Shown: in pieces, positions 14,867-22,342 of the stretch
How positions within the stretch are numbered: position 1 is the first letter of the stretch
How the letters are laid out: every line of letters begins with the position of its first letter
Assembly: GCA_965247175.1 (NCBI GenBank)
Contig: OZ252006.1
Coordinates: 3,396,786 to 3,420,785, forward strand
From: Rhodospirillales bacterium
Lineage (GTDB): Bacteria; Pseudomonadota; Alphaproteobacteria; Kiloniellales; DSM-21159
Direction: 5' to 3'
Length of the DNA stretch: 24,000 nucleotides
Program-made: the position numbers and the translations under genes
The notes under the pieces: generated by a model
Seen by the model: the letters and a program-made list of their open reading frames with translations, nothing else
Told to the model about the DNA's origin: nothing
Database searches by the model: none

Positions 14867-15360
14867 GCTCGCAGAAATCGCCGGCAGAGTTCGTCGGCGA
14901 AGGCGTGATGAGCGTGCCAGTCCGCCGCCACGGCTTTGCCGTACGTCACCACGCTGCTCAGGTGTGCTTCTGGGCCATCGCCGGTCGCAACATCGCGGAT
15001 GGACACGCTCGCGCGTGGCCAAATTGAGAGCGCGTCGTCGATCCGCGCGGCGGCGAGAGCACGCCGAAGCGGAACGATCCGGCCGTGCGGAAGCTCGAGC
15101 GCGCACTGTGCGTAGAGCGCCGTGAGATGCAGGATCGCGGACCGCCTTGCCCGCGGGTCCGGCCCCTGGCTGTGTTGCAGCGCATAGGCGTCCGTCAGCA
15201 TCTGATGCGCGGGCCAGTAGGCGACATCACTGTAGTGCAGGGCCAAGGACTGGTTGAAGCAGGCCCAGCACCCCGCCGAAGCGGAGAGATAGGCATGGGT
15301 CGGGCCGGGTGACGGCGCGAAGTCGGCCCCGCATCCCGGGCAGGCAAACATCTCTCTCAT
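14863..15360 (-). CDS. Small conserved hypothetical with N-terminal CxxC-N20-CxxC (DUF5946-like by recollection)
   Basis: 165 aa. MREMFACPGCGADF...SAGCWACFNQ gives four Cys at positions 7, 10, 31 and 34. It is the last gene of the EamA-GT1 string, and its stop codon overlaps the convergent TetR stop (CTAA at 14863-14866). Confidence 0.6.
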   Translation of the reverse strand: MREMFACPGCGADFAPSPGPTHAYLSASAGCWACFNQSLALHYSDVAYWPAHQMLTDAYALQHSQGPDPRARRSAILHLTALYAQCALELPHGRIVPLRRALAAARIDDALSIWPRASVSIRDVATGDGPEAHLSSVVTYGKAVAADWHAHHAFADELCRRFLRA

Positions 15361-15396
15361 CTCTTTGTCTTTGGCTGTCGCCGCGCTTCGGCCGGC

Positions 15397-16662
15397 TTAC
15401 GCCGGCACGGCATGCCGTTCTATGAGGTTGGCGGCAGTCTCGGTGCCGCCTTCCTCTGCCATGCGGTCGCCCAGCACCTGCGCCTTGTGCCGAACCTGCG
15501 CCGACTGCAGCTCTCGCAGCGCGGCGGCCAAGCGCTCTTGCGTCAGGCGCTTGAGGGGCAGGGGCGCGGGGCCGACGCCGAGCCGGGCGACCATTCGGCC
15601 CCAGAAGGGCTGATCGCCGAACAGCGGGCAGATCAGGGTCGGCCGCCCCCAGCGCAGGCCGGCGTGCGTTGTCCCGGCGCCGCCGTGATGCACCACCGCC
15701 CGGCAGCGGGGAAACAGCCAGTCGTGCGGAAGGCTGTCGACGATGTGGACGTCATCGGAGGCCGGCACCTCGGAGAGCGCACCCCAGCCCTTGGCGAGGA
15801 TGGCGCGCGTTTTGGTCTCGGCCAGCGCGGCAAGAAGGGCCGAGGCCGGATCACCGCCCCGGACTTTGGGCATGCTGCCGAAGCCGACGTAGACCGGCGC
15901 CGGCCCAGCCTCGAGAAACCGCGCCAACTCGGCCGGCGGCTCCCAGCCTGTCTTCTCCGGCAAGAACCAGTAGCCGGTCACATGCTCCTCCGACCCCCAG
16001 TCGGGGGGCTTGGGAACGATGTGGCGGCTGTGGGCATGGAAGCGCGGGACCGCTCCCCCTCCCGGGCGATAGCCGGCCAGGACGTCCAAGCCGGGTCGGG
16101 CTATCTCCCCCGGATGCCGGGCGAACCACTTGCGCAGCAGCATCCGATAGGCCAGCCGCATGGCCGCGACCACGGTGCGCCCGGATAAGCGATTGGCCAG
16201 CGGGCCGAGATCGGGCAGCGGCAGCAACGGATTGGGAAAGCCGCCGGTCGGAACGTAGGCTGGCTGCAGGAAGGCGGGGAGAGCAACGGCGCCGAGCGAG
16301 CGCGCGAGATAGGGCGCCAGGACGGCCTTGGGGTGATAGATGATCAGCTGGGGCCGGACAGCCTGGGCGATCGCCCAGGTCTCGTCGAGCTGGCGCTGCA
16401 TCACCTCTTGGCTGGCGCGGAAGGCCTTGAGCCAGCCCCGCGGCGACTCCATGGCGGCCTTGATCTCGGGCTGCGCCATCGCCGCCTGCGGGTCGAAGGA
16501 GAGCGGTGCCGCCGTCAGCCCATGCGCTTCGATCAAGCTCTCGAAGCCCTTGCCCGTGCTCAGCGTCACACTGTGGCCGCGGGCGGTCAGCACGGCGCCC
16601 AGCGCGACGAAGGGCTGCACGTCGCCGCGCGAACCGAGGGTGAGGAGCAGGATGTCGGTCAC
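15397..16662 (-). CDS. GT1-family (GT-B, UDP-sugar dependent) glycosyltransferase, MGT/sterol-glucosyltransferase-like
   Basis: N-terminal LGSRGDVQPFVALGAVLTARGHSV and the C-terminal nucleotide-sugar motif VVHHGGAGTTHAGLRWGRPTLICPLFGDQPFWG. GTG start at 16662 with no strong Shine-Dalgarno. Confidence 0.85.
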   Translation of the reverse strand: MTDILLLTLGSRGDVQPFVALGAVLTARGHSVTLSTGKGFESLIEAHGLTAAPLSFDPQAAMAQPEIKAAMESPRGWLKAFRASQEVMQRQLDETWAIAQAVRPQLIIYHPKAVLAPYLARSLGAVALPAFLQPAYVPTGGFPNPLLPLPDLGPLANRLSGRTVVAAMRLAYRMLLRKWFARHPGEIARPGLDVLAGYRPGGGAVPRFHAHSRHIVPKPPDWGSEEHVTGYWFLPEKTGWEPPAELARFLEAGPAPVYVGFGSMPKVRGGDPASALLAALAETKTRAILAKGWGALSEVPASDDVHIVDSLPHDWLFPRCRAVVHHGGAGTTHAGLRWGRPTLICPLFGDQPFWGRMVARLGVGPAPLPLKRLTQERLAAALRELQSAQVRHKAQVLGDRMAEEGGTETAANLIERHAVPA

Positions 16663-16696
16663 GACCGCAACGGGCCGGCCAGGCTGGGAACCGCGT

Positions 16697-17542
16697 TCAT
16701 TTAGACAGCTTTAGCATGACGGTCCCGATCAGGGTGGTGCCGATCGAGGCCAGGCGCGCGAGGTTGAGGCGCTCCTTGAGGAAGAAGACGCCGAAGAGCA
16801 CGGCGAAGACCATGCTGGTTTCCCGAACGGCGGAGACCATCGCCATGGGTGCCTGGGTCATGGCCCAGATGACAATCCAATAGGCCACAAGCGAAACCAT
16901 GCCCGCGAGCGCGCCGAGCTTCCAGGAGCTGCGCAGCGAGTCGGTCACCCGGCCGCGTCGCAGATAGAGCGCCAAGAGAGCGATTGGAATGCCGTTCAAG
17001 AGGTGGACCCAAAAGGTGTAGCTGTGGGGCGTCTCGGCAAGACGGGCACCCATACCATCGACCACCGTGTATCCGGCGATGAAAACGCCCGTGCCCACGG
17101 CATAGAGCATGGCTCTGGGGTCCCGAAAGCCCTCCGCGCCGCGCGTGAGCGTCAGGCTCATGATCCCCAGCGCGATAAGCACGACCGAGAGGGCTGCCTG
17201 ACTGTTGAGGACTTCCCCGACTACGACAACGGAGAGGACTGCGACGATCAACGGCGCCACCCCTCGGGCGATAGGGTAGACGTGGCTGAGATCGCCGTAG
17301 CGATAGGCGCCGATCAGAAACAGGAAGTAGGCCGTGTTGAGCGCGGTGGAGGCCCAGATGTAGGGCCAGCTTTCCGGCGTCGGCACGGCGACGAAGGGGA
17401 CGACCAGCAGGGCGACGGCTATCTGGCTGACCTGCATGATGGCGACCAGGACAAGCCGGTCGGCATTCACCTTGACCAGCGCATTCCAGGCCGCGTGAAG
17501 CAGGGCCGCGCCAAGCACCATGGCAAAGACGCCGGCCGTCAT
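16697..17542 (-). CDS. EamA/DMT-superfamily transporter
   Basis: 281 aa with ten hydrophobic segments in a two-repeat EamA-like layout. ATG 17542 (MTAGVFAMVLGAALLHAAWNALVK) has GGGAGA 6 nt upstream. The track start at 17605 is rejected. Confidence 0.8.
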   Translation of the reverse strand: MTAGVFAMVLGAALLHAAWNALVKVNADRLVLVAIMQVSQIAVALLVVPFVAVPTPESWPYIWASTALNTAYFLFLIGAYRYGDLSHVYPIARGVAPLIVAVLSVVVVGEVLNSQAALSVVLIALGIMSLTLTRGAEGFRDPRAMLYAVGTGVFIAGYTVVDGMGARLAETPHSYTFWVHLLNGIPIALLALYLRRGRVTDSLRSSWKLGALAGMVSLVAYWIVIWAMTQAPMAMVSAVRETSMVFAVLFGVFFLKERLNLARLASIGTTLIGTVMLKLSK

Positions 17543-17654
17543 CGCGATCTCCCTGATGGTCCTGGGTGCCGGTCTCGGCGCGTTTTCCCGATACCGCCGC
17601 CGCATGGCGCCACAGCCGACGGCCGGGCGCTGGACCGCAGAGACTCTCCGGCTC

Positions 17655-18101
17655 CTAAGGAAGAAACTCGGAGTTCCGGTGATGAAGCTCCCATTGGCCC
17701 GATTGACTTCTGTGCCAGACGTTCACGAAACGTAGCGTGCCGGAGACGGCGGTCTCGCCGAAGCTAACATCGACGACCCCCTGACCATAGCTGACGATGG
17801 TGGCGCCGAAATCCCTGAAGGTCATGTCGGGGGTGTCCGCGCGGGTCACGACGACCGCGCCGCCGGTGACCAGGTCGATGAAACTCGCTTCGTCATAGGT
17901 CACGCCGGAGCCGTGCTGATACGCGAAGCCGTCGGCCAGGAGTCGACCGAACGCCTCTCGGTCGGCATCCAGAAAGGCCCGGTAGAAGTCCGCCTCTTGC
18001 GCCCGCACCGCCGCTATCCCGGCGGAGGGGGCCTCTGCCCGGCTGTCGTTCGCGCAAACCATCAAAGCGATCGCCAAGGCCGCACCGAAAAGCGCTCTCA
18101 T
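17655..18101 (-). CDS. Secreted SnoaL/NTF2-like (DUF4440-type) protein
   Basis: Signal peptide MRALFGAALAIALMVCANDSRAEA. EADFYRAFLDADREAFGRLLADGFAY ... VNVWHRSQSGQWELHHRN is the NTF2-like/DUF4440 pattern. GGGAGA 6 nt upstream of the ATG. Confidence 0.7.
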   Translation of the reverse strand: MRALFGAALAIALMVCANDSRAEAPSAGIAAVRAQEADFYRAFLDADREAFGRLLADGFAYQHGSGVTYDEASFIDLVTGGAVVVTRADTPDMTFRDFGATIVSYGQGVVDVSFGETAVSGTLRFVNVWHRSQSGQWELHHRNSEFLP

Positions 18102-18135
18102 CTCATGTCTCCCGAGGTTCGATTAAAACGAGATC

Positions 18136-18159
18136 ATATTTGGTCGATTGACCAAATAT
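18136..18159. promoter_or_regulatory. Operator O1: ATATTTGGTC-GATT-GACCAAATAT (perfect 10-bp arms)
   Basis: Exact inverted repeat read directly from the sequence, in the spacer between the DUF4440-like gene (start 18101) and the TetR gene (start 18205). TTGACC (18148-18153) inside O1 is a plausible -35 for the TetR promoter. Confidence 0.65.
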
Positions 18160-18170
18160 GCAGCCTCTCT

Positions 18171-18192
18171 TATTTGGTTGATCGACCAAAAT
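18171..18192. promoter_or_regulatory. Operator O2: TATTTGGT-TGATCG-ACCAAAAT (near copy of O1)
   Basis: TTTGGT (18173-18178) and ACCAAA (18185-18190) flank a GATC centre. The 18-mer differs from the O1 core at 2 positions. The centres are 34 bp apart. O2 overlaps a possible -10 (TATTTG, 18171-18176), 17 nt after TTGACC. Confidence 0.6.
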
Positions 18193-18204
18193 CAAGACGA
18201 GCGC

Positions 18205-18768
18205 ATGCCGAAGCCGAGACAGTTCGATACGGACGAGACGATCAGCGCGATTCGAGACGTCTTCTGGCGGCAAGGCTATGAGGCGACCAGCATCAGCGAT
18301 CTGGTCGAGGCAACCGACGTGAAAGCCGGCAGCCTGCACGCGGCCTTCGGAACCAAGGCCGATCTCTTCGCGCTCGCCTTTCGCGCCTATGGCGAGCACT
18401 TCGATGCCTGCATGGCGACCGGCCGAAGCGGTGGGGACGCCATACGGGCCTATCTCTACGGGCTGCTCGATGCCGTCACCCGGGATGAGCAGCACAAGGG
18501 CTGTTTGATCGTCCAGTCGTCGGTCGAGCTGGCGCTGCATACAGAGAGCAACCGCGCCGCCATCAAGGCGAAGATGGATGCGCTACTGCGCTTCTTCCAT
18601 GACCGCCTGGCGGAGGAGGGGCTCGAGGACGAGCGGCTGGCGGCCCAGCTCTTCGGCGCGACCGTCGCCCTTCTGACATTAGGGCGGAGCGAGACTCCCC
18701 GTCATGTGCTGCAGCTCATTGTCGAAGGCGCCCTCGATGCCCTGGCCCGTGGGGAAGACCAAGCATGA
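18205..18768 (+). CDS. TetR/AcrR-family transcriptional regulator
   Basis: HTH region TISAIRDVFWRQGYEATSISDLVEATDVKAGSLHAAFGTKADLF. I prefer ATG 18205 over the track start at 18148, which would place the operators inside the coding sequence. Confidence 0.85.
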   Translation: MPKPRQFDTDETISAIRDVFWRQGYEATSISDLVEATDVKAGSLHAAFGTKADLFALAFRAYGEHFDACMATGRSGGDAIRAYLYGLLDAVTRDEQHKGCLIVQSSVELALHTESNRAAIKAKMDALLRFFHDRLAEEGLEDERLAAQLFGATVALLTLGRSETPRHVLQLIVEGALDALARGEDQA

Positions 18769-19232
18769 CGATCGAGATCAGCATTCGCCCGGTCGAGGCG
18801 CAGGACAGTCCGCAGATCGGGGCGATCCTGGCCGCCACCGGACTTTTCCCGGAAGAGATGCTGCCGGAGATGATCGCCGGCTATCTCGACGGCACCAAGC
18901 GCGACATCTGGTTCCTCTGCCGTGCCGATGGCGAGGCCGTCGCCTTTGGCTTCTGCGAGCCTGAACGCATGACCGAGGGCACCTGGAACCTGCTGGCCAT
19001 CTCGGTCCTGCCCCAGCGTCAGGGCACGGGTATCGGCAGCGCCATGATCCGCTATCTGGAAGAGCGCCTCGCCGCGCAGGGCGCGCGCATCCTGCTGGTC
19101 GAGACCATGGGCACGCCCGAGTTCGAGGCAACCCGCGCCTTCTATCGCAAGACCGGCTTCACCGAAGAGGCGCGCATCCGCGAGTTCTACGAAGCCGGCG
19201 CCGACAAAATTGTCTTCTGGAAGCATCTCTAG
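18765..19232 (+). CDS. GNAT-family N-acetyltransferase
   Basis: Acetyl-CoA motif A VLPQRQGTGIGSAMIRYLEERL. The start overlaps the TetR stop (ATGA at 18765-18768). Confidence 0.85.
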   Translation: MTIEISIRPVEAQDSPQIGAILAATGLFPEEMLPEMIAGYLDGTKRDIWFLCRADGEAVAFGFCEPERMTEGTWNLLAISVLPQRQGTGIGSAMIRYLEERLAAQGARILLVETMGTPEFEATRAFYRKTGFTEEARIREFYEAGADKIVFWKHL

Positions 19233-19389
19233 GCGCCGGGCATCGGGACGATTCGCCGCTGGTCTTTTCGACCTTCCCTTGAGCCGGACGGGCTAGGCTG
19301 GCGTTTGCGATGGACAGCTATCTCGCCATCAAGACCCTGCACATCCTGAGCGCGCCGGCGCTCTTCCGGCGGACGCTGGCCAAGCGGCA

Positions 19390-20505
19390 ATGGTAGCGCG
19401 CACGCTGATCATCGGCGGCTATGGCAACTTCGGCAGCACCATCGCCCGAAGGCTGAAGGACGAGCCGGCCATCCGCCTGCTGATCGGCGGGCGCTCGCAG
19501 GAGAAGGCGCAGGGTCTCTGCGCCGCGCTCGATGCGGAGAACAGTCCCGAACCGCACGCCATCGACATCGATGGAGATCTTCGGGAGTCGCTCGCGCGCA
19601 TCGCCCCTGACATCGTCATCCACACCACCGGCCCCTTTCAGAGCCAGGACCAGCGGGTGGCCGAGGCCTGCATCGCCCAGGGCTGCCACTACGTCGACCT
19701 GGCCGACGCCCGCCGCTTCGTCGGCACGATCGGCATGCTCGACCAGGCCGCCAAGGCCGCGGGGGTTTTGGTGGTCAGCGGCGCCAGCTCGGTGCCTTGT
19801 CTGACCGCCGCCTTCATCGACGAAGCGCTGCCCCGCTTCGGTCGATTGGAGGCGCTGGACTACGGCATCAGCGCCGCGCAGCACACCAACCGGGGCCTCG
19901 CGACAACCGCCGCCGTGCTGAGCTATGTCGGTAAGCCCTTCGCCATGCTGCGCGAGGGGGCACAGGGCAGGGTCTATGGCTGGCAGGACCTGCACGCGGT
20001 CCGCTATCCCGAGCTTGGCGCACGCCTCTTCGGCAACTGTGACATTCCCGATCTCGATCTCTTCCCCGAGCGCTATCCGAGCCTGCGTTGGCAGCGCTTC
20101 GCCGCCGGCCACGAGGTCAAGCTGCTGCATCTCGGCACCTGGGCCTTGAGCTGGCTGGTGCGGGCGAGGCTCATCGGTTCCTTGGCCGACTATGCAGAGC
20201 CCCTGCTGCGCGCCGCCTTTCTCTTCGACCGCTTCGGCTCGGGCCGCAGCGGCTTTCACATGATCCTCTCGGGCGTCGGGCAGGACGGCAGACCCAGGAC
20301 CGAACGTGTCTTCCTAGTTGCCCGCTCGGGCCACGGCCCCAACATCCCCTGCATGCCGGCCATCCTGCTCGCCCGGAAGCTTGCCGAAGGCACACTCGAC
20401 AAACGAGGCGCGATGCCCTGCCTCGACCTGATCGATCTTTCGGAATACCTGGCTGCGCTCGAAGGCCTCGACATCGAGGTGACCCGAAGGATGGACGATG
20501 CCTAG
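19390..20505 (+). CDS. Saccharopine-dehydrogenase-like NAD(P)-binding protein
   Basis: N-terminal Rossmann motif TLIIGGYGNFGSTIARRL. Length and mid-region (VIHTTGPF, GCHYVDLAD, VVSGASSVPCL) match the saccharopine dehydrogenase NADP-binding family as I recall it. Confidence 0.7.
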   Translation: MVARTLIIGGYGNFGSTIARRLKDEPAIRLLIGGRSQEKAQGLCAALDAENSPEPHAIDIDGDLRESLARIAPDIVIHTTGPFQSQDQRVAEACIAQGCHYVDLADARRFVGTIGMLDQAAKAAGVLVVSGASSVPCLTAAFIDEALPRFGRLEALDYGISAAQHTNRGLATTAAVLSYVGKPFAMLREGAQGRVYGWQDLHAVRYPELGARLFGNCDIPDLDLFPERYPSLRWQRFAAGHEVKLLHLGTWALSWLVRARLIGSLADYAEPLLRAAFLFDRFGSGRSGFHMILSGVGQDGRPRTERVFLVARSGHGPNIPCMPAILLARKLAEGTLDKRGAMPCLDLIDLSEYLAALEGLDIEVTRRMDDA

Positions 20506-20572
20506 GATCTCGCGGCCTTCCCGCCCTATGACAGCCAGCAAGCGCTACTGAGCGGACAGGGAGAGTTCCACG

Positions 20573-21565
20573 ATGCTCGGTCGCCCCCTCACAACGATTG
20601 CCATGATCGGGCTCGGCGCAGCGGGCGTTGTCGCTGCCGTCGCCGCGACCGGTCTGTCCGAAGCGCGGCAGGGTGAGACCCCGCCCGACTACACGCAGCT
20701 GAACTCGGCCGCCCTGACGGCGGACCAGGCGCCGCACTCGACCCGTGCCCAGGACGGCATGCTTGCCGTTCCGGCGGGGACCTACAGGCTCGGACGAGAC
20801 GACGGGCCGCGCATCGAGCGGCCGGCTCATCCGGTCGCGCTGAAGGCTTTCCGTATCGACCGCACCGAAGTCACCAATGCTGCGTTTGCCGAGTATCTCA
20901 ATGCGCTGGCCATCCCCGTCCGCGAAGCCTTCGAAGCCGGCGAGGCATCTCGGGACGGTCTCGCGGAAGACTCGGCGGCGCTGCTGATGGAAGGGCGCCG
21001 GGGAAGCGACCTCTACCCGATCATCGCGCTCGACGACGACGAGGCACGCATCGGTTACGAGAATGGCGCCTTCCGTCCCACCCCGGGCTACGAGGACCAT
21101 CCCGTCGCCGAGACAACATGGGCCGGCGCACGCGCCTACTGCGCCTGGCGCGGCGCCCGGCTGCCGAGCGAAGCGGAATGGGAGGCCGCCGCGCGCGGCA
21201 GCGACGCGCGACTCTATCCCTGGGGCGACGCAGCGCCTGACGGGACGCGGGTCTTCGTGTCGGGCAGAACAGGAGTGACGGGCCCGGTCGGCGAACGGCC
21301 CGCCGGAGCCTCGCCCAACGGCGCGCACGACATGAGCGGCTCGCTCGCCGAATGGACGTCCAGCCTGATGCGTCCCTATCCCTATGACGCCGGCGACGGA
21401 CGCGAGGCGCCGGACCAGCGTGGCGAACGGGTCACCCGGGGCGGCGACTACATTTTCGACGCCGAGGTCGAGACGCTTACGGCAACGCACCGCAAGGGCT
21501 TCTCCAACGCGCCTGAGCGCGGCCATCGCCACATCGGCTTTCGCTGTGCGGCCTCGGCCGGCTAA
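20573..21565 (+). CDS. Formylglycine-generating-enzyme (SUMF1/EgtB/PvdO) family protein, membrane-anchored or secreted
   Basis: N-terminal hydrophobic anchor, then RPAHPVALKAFRIDRTEVTNAAFAEYL, HPVAETTWAGARAYCAWRGARLPSEAEWEAAARG, YPWGD, GAHDMSGSLAEWT, RVTRGGDY and HIGFRCA. GGGAGAG Shine-Dalgarno 7 nt upstream. Confidence 0.85.
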   Translation: MLGRPLTTIAMIGLGAAGVVAAVAATGLSEARQGETPPDYTQLNSAALTADQAPHSTRAQDGMLAVPAGTYRLGRDDGPRIERPAHPVALKAFRIDRTEVTNAAFAEYLNALAIPVREAFEAGEASRDGLAEDSAALLMEGRRGSDLYPIIALDDDEARIGYENGAFRPTPGYEDHPVAETTWAGARAYCAWRGARLPSEAEWEAAARGSDARLYPWGDAAPDGTRVFVSGRTGVTGPVGERPAGASPNGAHDMSGSLAEWTSSLMRPYPYDAGDGREAPDQRGERVTRGGDYIFDAEVETLTATHRKGFSNAPERGHRHIGFRCAASAG

Positions 21566-21602
21566 GCCGAGCTCACACGAAGAGGAGCCGGAACAGTCAG
21601 CG

Positions 21603-22091
21603 ATGGTCAGCGCGGGCCATCGACCTTACATGCCTTGCATGCCCGAGATCGCCTCGCCGCCCTACAGCTACCGCGTCGATAGCGAGGTGCCCCCCTTCGA
21701 CGACAGCAAACCGCTCTTCGTGTTCGATGGCGTCTGCGTGCTCTGCTCGACCGGGGTGCGCTGGCTGATGCGCCTCGACCGCCAGGGCAAGATCAGCTTT
21801 ACCGCCGGGCAGGAGCCGCTGGGCCAGGCGCTCTACCGGCACTACGGCCAAGCGCTCGACGGCAGCTATCTCCTGATCGCCGGCGGCCGCGCCTTCACCG
21901 CCAGCCGCGGCTACCTGGAGCTGGCCCGCATTCTCGGCGGGCCGTGGCATCTCTTCCGGGCCTTCGCGGTCCTGCCCGAAGGCCTGCGCGACTGGGCCTA
22001 CGACGGCGTCGCGCGCAACCGCTACCGCTGGTTCGGCAAAAGCCTCCACTGCGCCCTGCTGAGCGAGGAGCAGCGCGCCCGGCTGATCTGA
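21603..22091 (+). CDS. DCC-family thiol-disulfide oxidoreductase (DUF393)
   Basis: PLFVFDGVCVLCSTGVRWLMRLDRQGKISF carries the DxxCxxC motif of this family. The start is uncertain (ATG 21603, 21630 or 21639). The track ORF start at 21384 overlaps the FGE gene and is rejected. Confidence 0.75.
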   Translation: MVSAGHRPYMPCMPEIASPPYSYRVDSEVPPFDDSKPLFVFDGVCVLCSTGVRWLMRLDRQGKISFTAGQEPLGQALYRHYGQALDGSYLLIAGGRAFTASRGYLELARILGGPWHLFRAFAVLPEGLRDWAYDGVARNRYRWFGKSLHCALLSEEQRARLI

Positions 22092-22243
22092 CGCGGGCGT
22101 CTATAATTGGCATCGGAAGGCTCGTTTCGATATCGGAACGATCGAGTCCGCATCAAAACCCCTTCATTCCGCTACCGCAATAATCAGATTGTTTCGGCGG
22201 TGACGCTTGGATGGCGACGTGCAGCAAAAGGTCACGACATCGC

Positions 22244-22284
22244 CTGCCGGCATCGTTGGCGAAGCACGTTGGCAATGTCGGCAG
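22244..22284 (+). other. Hairpin 1 in the convergent spacer (10-bp stem, 21-nt loop)
   Basis: CTGCCGGCAT (22244-22253) pairs with ATGTCGGCAG (22275-22284). The single non-Watson-Crick position is a G-U wobble on the plus-strand RNA but a C-A mismatch on the minus-strand RNA. The loop holds a direct repeat, CGTTGGC twice. Confidence 0.4.
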
Positions 22285-22306
22285 CACCGCTCTCCACCCC
22301 TCGGGC

Positions 22307-22342
22307 GGATCGGATGCGCAGCGGTCACGGCGCATCCGATCC
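22307..22342. terminator. Hairpin 2: perfect 13-bp stem, 10-nt loop, between convergent operons
   Basis: GGATCGGATGCGC (22307-22319) and GCGCATCCGATCC (22330-22342). It lies 62 nt beyond the P460 stop. There is no U-tract on either strand, so it is a non-canonical terminator or processing site. Confidence 0.45.

Noticed and set aside
300-21532. Many long ORFs in the six-frame track overlap the genes called above. Examples are 300-689(-), 686-1315(-), 1667-2869(+), 1695-2594(-), 3464-3952(-), 8159-8872(+), 10236-11303(+), 12274-13323(-), 12741-14063(+), 14180-15106(-), 15412-16188(+), 19318-20259(-) and 20171-21532(-).
   Set aside because: Their translations are Arg/Pro/Gly/Ala-rich and low in complexity, with no recognisable motifs. 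They lie opposite or out of frame to ORFs with clear family signatures. Stop-poor alternative frames are expected at this GC content.
22136-22150. GAACGATCGAGTCCG resembles a tRNA T-arm/3' end (GGTTCGAGTCC-like). That raised the idea of a tRNA fragment or island attachment site.
   Set aside because: I could not fold an acceptor stem, anticodon arm or proper 7-nt T-loop. There is no integrase or direct-repeat partner in the window.
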